Origin: Gammaproteobacteria bacterium
GTDB taxonomy: Bacteria; Pseudomonadota; Gammaproteobacteria; Steroidobacterales; Steroidobacteraceae
DNA: 64,000 bases
Assembly (NCBI GenBank): GCA_010027845.1
Contig: RGUL01000004.1
Location: forward strand, 1,810-65,809
Direction: 5' to 3'
Made by a program: the position numbers and the translations under genes. Within the stretch, counting starts at the first letter, position 1. Each line of letters begins with the position of its first letter. The notes under the pieces were generated by a model. It saw only the letters and a list, made by a program, of their open reading frames with translations. It had not been told where the DNA came from and searched no databases. Below are positions 19,003 to 26,578 of the stretch, piece by piece.

Positions 19003-20414
19003 GTCAGCACCCAAGTATCTTTTGTGCCACCACCTTGCGATGAGTTGACCACCAATGATCCATCGCGCAGCGCGACGCGAGTCAAGCCGCCCGGCACCAT
19101 CGACACGTCACGGCCGGAGAGCACGAACGGACGCAGGTCGATATGTCGAGGCGCTAATCCGCTTTCGACAAAGGTTGGGCAAGCCGACAGCGCGAGGGTT
19201 GGCTGTGCGATATAACGAGCGGGATCGGTGATTATTTTGTTACGAAATGATTCGATTTCGACACGACTCGCGCGCGGTCCGATCAACATGCCATAGCCAC
19301 CCGCACCGTGCACTTCTTTGACGACGAGTTCGTCGAGATGTGACAAGACGTATTGCAGATCTTTGGGTCGACTCAAAATCCACGTCGGGACGTTTTGTAA
19401 TAACGGCTCCTCGCCGAGATAGAAGCGAATCATCTCGGGCACATAAGGATAGGTTGATTTATCGTCCGCGATGCCGCTGCCGATCGCATTCGAAATGGTG
19501 ACTCTCCCGGCTCGATAGGCCGTCAATAATCCGGGCACCCCGAGCATCGATTCGGGCTTGAATGCCAGCGGATCGAGATAGTCGTCGTCGATTCGCCGAT
19601 AGATGACGTCGACGCGGCGCGGGCCTTGCGTGGTGCGCATATAGACGACTTCATCATCGACGAATAGGTCCTGCCCTTCGACGAGTTCGATACCCATTTG
19701 CTGCGCGAGAAACGCATGCTCGAAATACGCGCTATTGCTCGCGCCAGGGGTCAGCAACACAACCGTTGGTTCACGCACACCGGCTGGGGCGACGCTACGC
19801 AAAGTGTCGAGCAGAAGATCCGGGTAATGTTCGACCGGCGCTACCGGATGCTCCGCAAACACCTCCGGAAACAGGCGCATCATAGCCTTGCGATCCTCGA
19901 GCATGTAGGACACACCCGAAGGCACGCGCAGATTATCCTCGAGGACGTAGTACTCCCCCGCGCCCGCGCGTACCAGATCGATTCCGGCGATTTGCGCGTA
20001 GACATCCATCGGCACGTCGATGCCTTGCATCTCCGGTCGATATTGCGCATTACATAAAACTTGCTCCGGGGGAATTTTGCCGGCGCGCAGAATTTGTTGA
20101 TCGTGATAGACGTCGTGCAAAAATGCATTGAGCGCAGTGACGCGCTGCCAAAGACCACGCTCGATCAAGTTCCACTCGGCCACGGGAATGATGCGCGGCA
20201 CGATGTCGAAGGGGATCAGTCGCTCCGTCCCGATCTCATCGCCATATACGGCGAACGTTATTCCGGCGCGACGGAACAGCGTGTCAGCTTCCGCGAGTTT
20301 CTCGCGCACGCGATCCGCGGGAAGTGCGGCCAACCATCTGGAGTAACGCGCGTAGTGTGCGCGGACGGCACCATCCGCAGCAGTCATTTCGTCAAAAATT
20401 TGCGCTGCCGGCAT
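18996..20414 (-). CDS. Circularly permuted type-2 ATP-grasp protein
   Basis: 472 aa, with conserved blocks YYVLEDNLRVPSGVSY and VVKEVHGAGGYGMLIGP. First gene of the Anbu operon. Confidence 0.85.
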   Translation of the reverse strand: MPAAQIFDEMTAADGAVRAHYARYSRWLAALPADRVREKLAEADTLFRRAGITFAVYGDEIGTERLIPFDIVPRIIPVAEWNLIERGLWQRVTALNAFLHDVYHDQQILRAGKIPPEQVLCNAQYRPEMQGIDVPMDVYAQIAGIDLVRAGAGEYYVLEDNLRVPSGVSYMLEDRKAMMRLFPEVFAEHPVAPVEHYPDLLLDTLRSVAPAGVREPTVVLLTPGASNSAYFEHAFLAQQMGIELVEGQDLFVDDEVVYMRTTQGPRRVDVIYRRIDDDYLDPLAFKPESMLGVPGLLTAYRAGRVTISNAIGSGIADDKSTYPYVPEMIRFYLGEEPLLQNVPTWILSRPKDLQYVLSHLDELVVKEVHGAGGYGMLIGPRASRVEIESFRNKIITDPARYIAQPTLALSACPTFVESGLAPRHIDLRPFVLSGRDVSMVPGGLTRVALRDGSLVVNSSQGGGTKDTWVLTC

Positions 20415-20490
20415 GAACGAACCTCCCGCTGACGATCATAGCGGAAAGTGCCGTCGTTCAAATAAATGCACCGTTCCGATGCGTTCGATC

Positions 20491-20516
20491 AAGGCGCTGC
20501 ACCATCTCGGCGCCTT
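20491..20516 (-). terminator. Weak hairpin downstream of the quinone oxidoreductase gene
   Basis: AAGGCGC-N12-GCGCCTT gives a 7-bp stem. There is no U-tract on either strand. Confidence 0.2.
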
Positions 20517-20536
20517 CTTAACACCTTATCGACGTC

Positions 20537-21529
20537 TCAACGATCGCAATCGACGACGACCTTGCCGATCACTTCGCGATTCAAAAGCTGCTCGATCGCA
20601 CGGCCACCCTCGGCGAGCGGAAAGCGGGCCGATACTAACGGATGAATCTTTCCCTCTGCATACATGGTGAGCAGCTCGCGCAATGCTGCATCGTATTTTT
20701 TCGGCTCTTGCCGACGCGCGGCCCCCATGAACACGCCGCGGATGTCACAGCCTTTCAGGAGGGGCAAGTTGAGTGGAATGCGCGGAATGCCGGCAGGGAA
20801 CCCGATGACGAGATAACGCCCGCGCCACGCCGCAGTGCGCAGCGCGGGCTCGGCGTAATCGCCGCCGACCGGATCGAAGATCACGTCTGCGCCGCGCGCA
20901 CCACAGGCACTTTTGAAAGCGGCAGCGAGTGCCTTGCCGTCGCTAGGCTCGACGGGATAGACGACGACCTCATCCGCGCCCGCAGCGCGCGCGGCCCGTG
21001 CCTTCGTCTCGGTCGACACGGCGGCGACGACGCGTGCGCCTAGCGATTTGCCGAGATCAATCGCTGCGAGACCGACGCCGCCCGCGGCACCGAGGACGAG
21101 CAGTGTTTCGCCTGCTTTCAATTCACCACGATCGACGAGTGCATGATGCACGGTGCTGTAGGTCACGAGCACGCCGGCGGCGACGTCGAAGGGCATGGAG
21201 TCGGGCATCGGAATGCAGTGCGCGGCATCGACCACGAGCTTGTCGGCGAAGCCGCCATATTCGACATGTGCGATCACTCGATCGCCGATTTTGAGGCTCT
21301 TGACCTCAGGCCCCACCAAGTCGATGACCCCAGACGTTTCCAGACCCGGCGCGAAAGGCCGCGGCGGACGCATCTGGTATTTATCTTCGATCAGCAATGC
21401 GTCCGGAAAATTGACGCCGCAACAACGCACGGCGATTCGCACTTGGCTTGACCCGACCGTCGGGTCCGGCAGTTCGCGTAACACCAACGCGGCCGGCCCG
21501 CCGGCAACTTCACTCAATAACGCTCGCAT
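20537..21529 (-). CDS. NADPH:quinone oxidoreductase (MDR/zeta-crystallin family)
   Basis: GVNFPD..., GETLLVLGAAGGVGLAAIDLGK Rossmann motif, about 330 aa. Confidence 0.8.
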   Translation of the reverse strand: MRALLSEVAGGPAALVLRELPDPTVGSSQVRIAVRCCGVNFPDALLIEDKYQMRPPRPFAPGLETSGVIDLVGPEVKSLKIGDRVIAHVEYGGFADKLVVDAAHCIPMPDSMPFDVAAGVLVTYSTVHHALVDRGELKAGETLLVLGAAGGVGLAAIDLGKSLGARVVAAVSTETKARAARAAGADEVVVYPVEPSDGKALAAAFKSACGARGADVIFDPVGGDYAEPALRTAAWRGRYLVIGFPAGIPRIPLNLPLLKGCDIRGVFMGAARRQEPKKYDAALRELLTMYAEGKIHPLVSARFPLAEGGRAIEQLLNREVIGKVVVDCDR

Positions 21530-21645
21530 GCGGTTACCCCTCGAGTCTCACGACAACGGTAGCACGGGTCGTAAATTCGATTGACGCTACCGGTAAGCTT
21601 CATCGACACTCGCCTCCCCCGTCTGACCCGTATCCGCCGCGCCGA

Positions 21646-22155
21646 ATGCTCCGCCTTGCCGTTCCAGTGAACGCCGCCGCTTTGAAAGTCGCCGCTTTGA
21701 GCCTCGCAGTGCTTTGCGGCGCGCGCCTGATGCTCGGACCGCTCGCCGCAGCAGCACCCGCCACCGGACTGCGCATCGAGTCGCCCATGGTGCGCGAAAC
21801 GCTGCCGGGACAAACTACCGGCAGCGCTTACCTCGTCATTCACAACGAGAGCGACGTCGCCAGACGTTTACTCGGTGCTGCGACGCCAGCAGCCCGCGAA
21901 ATACAGATTCACGACATGTCGCTGCGCGATGGCATCATGCGTATGCGACAAGTCACCGACGGTGTCGCAATTCCGGCGCGCGGTAAAGTGGCCTTCGTCG
22001 CCGGCGGCCTGCATCTGATGTTGGTCGGACTGCAGGCACCCCTCAGCGCCGGAAGCGACGTACCGCTCACCTTGCGATTCGATCGTGGTGGCGAACTCAC
22101 CATACCGATACGGATCGTGTCGATCGACGATACGACGTCGCAACCAAAGAAATGA
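21646..22155 (+). CDS. Periplasmic copper chaperone PCu(A)C
   Basis: Start moved to ATG 21646 (signal peptide). AYLVIHN, IQIHDM...MRMRQV and GGLHLML (HxM) Cu(I)-binding pattern. Confidence 0.75.
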   Translation: MLRLAVPVNAAALKVAALSLAVLCGARLMLGPLAAAAPATGLRIESPMVRETLPGQTTGSAYLVIHNESDVARRLLGAATPAAREIQIHDMSLRDGIMRMRQVTDGVAIPARGKVAFVAGGLHLMLVGLQAPLSAGSDVPLTLRFDRGGELTIPIRIVSIDDTTSQPKK

Positions 22156-22724
22156 TACGGCTGCTCGTTTTGATCTTCACCGCGCTACTCGGGGCTTGTA
22201 GTGCGCCGGCGCCGTTCAACGCCTCCGAGGTGCCGAAACTCGACTATGGTCACGGCGTCGAGTTGCGCGATACCGAAGGCAAGGTTCATCGCATCGAAGA
22301 ATTCCGCGGTCGCGTGACATTGCTGTTCTTCGGTTTCACGCGCTGCCCGGACGTGTGCCCGACGATGCTGTTGCGACTCAAAAAGGTGCGCGACGCCGTT
22401 GGGCCGCTCGCTTCGAACGTACAAGTCGTTTTACTCAGCGTTGATCCGGAGCGTGACACGCCGGACATCCTGCGGGCCTACGTTAAACATTTCGATCCGT
22501 CGTTCATCGCATTACGGCCCGAACCCGAGCGACTCGAACAAACGCTGAAGGCATTCCGCGCGATCGCAATTCGGGTGCCGACCGCAGACGGCAGCGATTA
22601 CACCGTCGATCACTCGGCGACGATTTTCGTCTACGACCGCACCGGTGCCTTGCGCTTGATCGCGCAGCCGCAACTGGAGATCGATAAGCTCGCCGCGGAC
22701 GTCGCGCGCCTCGTTCGCGAGTGA
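22152..22724 (+). CDS. SCO1/SenC-family copper-binding thiol:disulfide protein
   Basis: CPDVCP (CxxxC), conserved DHSATIFVYD His, lipoprotein-type leader LLGAC. ATGA overlap with PCuAC. Confidence 0.85.
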   Translation: MIRLLVLIFTALLGACSAPAPFNASEVPKLDYGHGVELRDTEGKVHRIEEFRGRVTLLFFGFTRCPDVCPTMLLRLKKVRDAVGPLASNVQVVLLSVDPERDTPDILRAYVKHFDPSFIALRPEPERLEQTLKAFRAIAIRVPTADGSDYTVDHSATIFVYDRTGALRLIAQPQLEIDKLAADVARLVRE

Positions 22725-22731
22725 GCGTTCG

Positions 22732-25428
22732 TTAGGATTTTTTTCGTCGGCGGGCGAACCACCAGCCGATCGAGCCCGCCACCGCAAACCCGACTGCCGG
22801 CCAGAGCAACGCCGGCAAAATCACACGTCGCAGTGCGTTCTGTGAAACCTGCGCACGCGGTTCATATCCCGCTGGTAACGGCAAAATTTTGTCGTCGCGC
22901 TCGAATTTTTGATAAGCGGCGCGCAAGCGCTCGAAGTCTTGCGGTCTCGTCCGACGCAAGTCGCGGGTCTCACCAGGATCCGCAGCGATGTCGAACAATT
23001 GCCAATTGCCGCTACCCACGGGCGGCATATTGCGCACCAACTTCAAATCACCGGCGAACAGCGCCGAATTTCCCGCCAGCTCGAACCCCACCGTCTCTTG
23101 CGGTCCGCGCGCCGATGCCGAAGCGCCACGTAACACCGGTACGAGGCTTTTACCCGAAATGGGTTCGATGCTGGGCGAAGGGTCGCCGACGGCGACGCCC
23201 GCGAGATCGAGTAGCGTCGGCGCGATATCCGTGACATGCGTGAAACTTTTGACGATGCGCCCACCGTGCTCGCCTGCCGGGAGCAAGCCAGGGCCGCGTA
23301 TCACGAGCGGCACCCTTAACGCGCCCTCACCCGCATAAAACTTATGAGTCGCGAGTGGTGCATTCGCCGCGCTCACCCAATTGGGGCCAATGGTGGCATA
23401 GGCGCCGGCACTGCCCATGCGATCGACCGCGCGGGTGTACTGCGTCATCAGCCACATACGCCCACTCAAATACTCGTAAGGATCGGAAGGCTCGGCTCCG
23501 TTATCGGACAAAAATACGAAAACGGTGTCTTGATCTTGACCGAGTGCACGGATCGTTTCGCGCAGGCGGCCGATTTCCGCGTCCATCGTCTCGGCCATCG
23601 CCGCATAAACTTCCATGCGTCGCGCGTCGTAGCGTCGTCGTTGCGGTGATAGCGAGTTCCACTCCTCGATACCGGGCCACTGCGCTGGTGCGGTGTTTGC
23701 CGGCAGCAGACCGAGCTCGATCGCCCGCTCGCGACGTCGATCGCGTACCACCTGCCATCCGGCATCGTACCTTCCATGCTGCCGCGCCATCGCCTCTGCG
23801 GGGGCCTGCAGCGGAATGTGATTCGCTTGAAATGCGAGGTACAACATGAACGGCGGCGGCTCACCCGCAGCGGTCTTGCGGATGGACCAATCGTTACGCA
23901 AGTAGTCGATCGCGCGATCGACGTAGTAGCGCGACGAATAGAATTCTTTGGGCATCTGCGTCGACTTGCCATCTTCGAACCAAGCGACACGATCGGTCAG
24001 CGCTAAATATCTTTGATCGGTACGCCAGTTATCCGAGCCGCTGTCACCTTGAACGATTGAGCGATCAAAGCCACGCGCCGGCGGCAGGTTGTACTCTTCC
24101 TTACCGACGTGCCATTTACCCACCGCATACGTGCGATAGCCGTGCTGCTGCAGCCGCGAGCTCATAGTCACGACGTTGCGATCGAGCACGGTCAGATAGC
24201 CGGGTTTACCCTCAAGTTGCGGTGGCACGGATTCGTGCATCGCACCGACGCCGGTACGATGACTATTGACACCAGTGAGCAGCATCGCGCGTGTCGGCGA
24301 GCATTCGCTCGCCACGTGAAAGTTAGCGAAGCGCGTGCCTTGGCTCGCTAACGTGTCGATGTTCGGCGTACGAATTTCGCTGCCGAACGCACCGATGTCG
24401 GTGTAGCCGAAATCGTCTGCGACGATCACCACGATGTTCGGCCGTCGCTGCGGGATATCTTTGTTTGCGGTCGCGGGGATCGAGCGCACGGTCCGAAAGC
24501 CGACGTGTGACGTGCCGAGCGAGGGATCTGCGGGCTGACGCGAACCGCTGCGATAGCGCTCGCAAAAGTCCGACGAACAAAGATGCGAACCACCTTTGAT
24601 GACGTGTTTGCCGGCTTTTTCTGGATCCGATCGTTTAGCGTCCGCGGCGGTCGCCGGTGCGACCGCGTCCGAATACCAATCGGTGGTCCACTCCCAAACG
24701 TTCCCGACCATGTCGTACAAGCCGCGCGCGTTGGCGGGGAAACAACCGGACGGAGCAACGCCGCGATAGCCGTCGTCCCCTTGGTCGAGCACCGGAAAAC
24801 TACCCTGCCACGTATTGGCCAGCCAACGACCCTGTGGGTCACGTCGCTCGGACTCGGGATCGTCGCTGGCCGCAACGTCGCCGCGCGCAGCCCACTCCCA
24901 CTCGAGTTCGGTAGGCAAGCGACGATCGCGCCACTTTGCATAGGCGGCCGCGTCTTCGAACGCGACGGCGGTTACCGGCTCGTCGTCGCGCGCGATCGAC
25001 CCGGCGCCGAGCGGGTTGCGCCAATTCGCCGAGGACTCGAGTCGCCAAGCACTCTGCCGGCGATCGAACACCGCCGCGCCCTGCGCCTTCCCGTCCGCGC
25101 CGATGCGCTCGGCGACGGTGACGTAGCCGGTAGCTTTGACGAAGGCCGCAAATTGCCCGTGCGTCACCTCGGTCGCGTCGATGTCGAAATCGTTAACTAC
25201 GCCGACACCGCCGACCCGCTCCTCGGGCCAGCGCGTCACGTCGCCACGATTCAGCCGACCACCGCGTACCGTAACCGTGCGACCGATCGCAGCGCTGCCG
25301 AGACACGCTGCGGATATCTTCGAAGTCGCCGTCGTCGCGCCGTTCGGCGGCAATGCCGCACGCTCGCAACCACTCAAAAAAATGCCGGCGCCGACGAGCG
25401 CGACCAGCAGAGTCCTCCGTTCGATCAC
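22732..25428 (-). CDS. Fusion protein: lipoprotein leader + formylglycine-generating enzyme (FGE/SUMF1) domain + type I (FGly) sulfatase-family hydrolase + C-terminal TM anchor
   Basis: GTG start in a GTGA overlap with the upstream stop. Lipobox FLSGC. FGE blocks RLPTELEWEWAARG, GNVWEWTTDWY and GGSHLCSSDFCERYRSGSRQ. Sulfatase blocks NIVVIVADDFGYTD and ASECSPTRAMLLTG. Tail LPALLWPAVGFAVAGSIGWWFARRRKKS. Confidence 0.85.
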   Translation of the reverse strand: MIERRTLLVALVGAGIFLSGCERAALPPNGATTATSKISAACLGSAAIGRTVTVRGGRLNRGDVTRWPEERVGGVGVVNDFDIDATEVTHGQFAAFVKATGYVTVAERIGADGKAQGAAVFDRRQSAWRLESSANWRNPLGAGSIARDDEPVTAVAFEDAAAYAKWRDRRLPTELEWEWAARGDVAASDDPESERRDPQGRWLANTWQGSFPVLDQGDDGYRGVAPSGCFPANARGLYDMVGNVWEWTTDWYSDAVAPATAADAKRSDPEKAGKHVIKGGSHLCSSDFCERYRSGSRQPADPSLGTSHVGFRTVRSIPATANKDIPQRRPNIVVIVADDFGYTDIGAFGSEIRTPNIDTLASQGTRFANFHVASECSPTRAMLLTGVNSHRTGVGAMHESVPPQLEGKPGYLTVLDRNVVTMSSRLQQHGYRTYAVGKWHVGKEEYNLPPARGFDRSIVQGDSGSDNWRTDQRYLALTDRVAWFEDGKSTQMPKEFYSSRYYVDRAIDYLRNDWSIRKTAAGEPPPFMLYLAFQANHIPLQAPAEAMARQHGRYDAGWQVVRDRRRERAIELGLLPANTAPAQWPGIEEWNSLSPQRRRYDARRMEVYAAMAETMDAEIGRLRETIRALGQDQDTVFVFLSDNGAEPSDPYEYLSGRMWLMTQYTRAVDRMGSAGAYATIGPNWVSAANAPLATHKFYAGEGALRVPLVIRGPGLLPAGEHGGRIVKSFTHVTDIAPTLLDLAGVAVGDPSPSIEPISGKSLVPVLRGASASARGPQETVGFELAGNSALFAGDLKLVRNMPPVGSGNWQLFDIAADPGETRDLRRTRPQDFERLRAAYQKFERDDKILPLPAGYEPRAQVSQNALRRVILPALLWPAVGFAVAGSIGWWFARRRKKS

Positions 25429-26528
25429 AACACGAGGCGCCGGTCCGCTTCGTGCAAACGTCCGGCAAGCTGCTGCAACAGTTCGCGCGTTTCGGTCGGG
25501 TGCTCGGCGATCACGTGTGCGAAATTGTCGATCGTTACCTTACGCAGCGATGCCGCTCGGGTCACGACCACCGATGCCGACCGCGGCAGTTGTAACAGCA
25601 GACCCATCTCACCCACCCACTCGCCCGGACCCAGTTTTGCGAGGACTAGCTCGCTGCCGTCGGCATTGCGCTTACGAACTTCGAGTTCGCCGCGCTCAAC
25701 GACGTACGCGCGATCGGCAATGTCACCTTCGTGCAAGACCACCGCACCGACCGGAAATAAAGTATGGCTACAGTCGGTGAAGATGCAGCGATAGCGCTCG
25801 GTGTGGAACAACTTCGCGCATCCGGCGCGCGCGCGAGCACCGAACGTCCAGCCATGTACGAAAACGGCGAGTACCGCGCCGGCAACCGGTCCGACGCAAT
25901 ACAACCAAAATCCGTCGAATACGGACGTCAACAACGCCGGCGCGAAGCTGCGCGCGGGATTTAGGCTCGTGCCCGAGACCGGCGCTTCCACGAACACCAG
26001 CAGCGCGACTAAAAGACCAGCGAAATACGGTGTGCGCGCGGCATGACGCGGTTCGTTGACGCAGTAGAGGATCGTGAACATCAGCATGAAGGTGATGACA
26101 AATTCCGCGCCGAGTGCGATCCCGGTCGAATATTCGGCGCCAGGCGTGGTCAAACCGAGTTGCACGCTTTGCGCTGCAGCGCCGCCGACGAGCGCGACGA
26201 TCATGACGCCCAATACCGCACCGGACATTTGCGCGATGCAGTAGGCGACCGCGTCCGGCCCCGTCACCTGACCTTTGACCCAAAACGCCAATGTGACAGC
26301 CGGGTTCAAGTGCCCGCCGCTGCGTTGTCCGAGCGGCGAAAGCACGACCGCCGTGCCACCGCCTGCGAACAACAAGCCCGTGCATAAGCGACGCAGTGGC
26401 TCGTTCGGAATCAACTCGCGCATGATGCTACCGTCGGACCACATGACGGTGACGGCGCCGATGCCCACGATCATCATGATCGCGGTGCCGAGAAACTCTG
26501 CAAAATATTCTGGTAGGTGTGATTTCAC
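25425..26528 (-). CDS. MIP-family channel (aquaporin) fused to a C-terminal cyclic-nucleotide-binding domain
   Basis: EYFAEFLGTAIMM, HLNPAVT (26298-26306) and SLNPARS (25953-25961). The C-terminal CNB has the phosphate-binding cassette GEMGLLLQLPRSAS. GTG 26528 is preferred over ATG 26648, which would overlap the upstream gene by 70 nt. Confidence 0.8.
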   Translation of the reverse strand: MKSHLPEYFAEFLGTAIMMIVGIGAVTVMWSDGSIMRELIPNEPLRRLCTGLLFAGGGTAVVLSPLGQRSGGHLNPAVTLAFWVKGQVTGPDAVAYCIAQMSGAVLGVMIVALVGGAAAQSVQLGLTTPGAEYSTGIALGAEFVITFMLMFTILYCVNEPRHAARTPYFAGLLVALLVFVEAPVSGTSLNPARSFAPALLTSVFDGFWLYCVGPVAGAVLAVFVHGWTFGARARAGCAKLFHTERYRCIFTDCSHTLFPVGAVVLHEGDIADRAYVVERGELEVRKRNADGSELVLAKLGPGEWVGEMGLLLQLPRSASVVVTRAASLRKVTIDNFAHVIAEHPTETRELLQQLAGRLHEADRRLVL

Positions 26529-26578
26529 GAGTATTCGTTTCCGATCAAGCCGAACTGACCCCGAAACGAATATACCGG

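Noticed and set aside
24583-25794. A 403-aa ORF on the + strand, antisense to the FGE-sulfatase and MIP-CNB genes.
   Set aside because: Its composition is Arg/Ala/Pro-rich and low-complexity, typical of shadow frames in high-GC DNA. The opposite strand carries unmistakable FGE, sulfatase and CNB motifs.
25764-25820. A Cys/His-rich linker (CAKLFHTERYRCIFTDCSH) between the MIP and CNB domains, considered as a possible metal or redox site.
   Set aside because: It is a single short segment with no recognisable zinc-finger spacing, and part of it probably belongs to the CNB N-terminal strand. This is too weak without conservation data.
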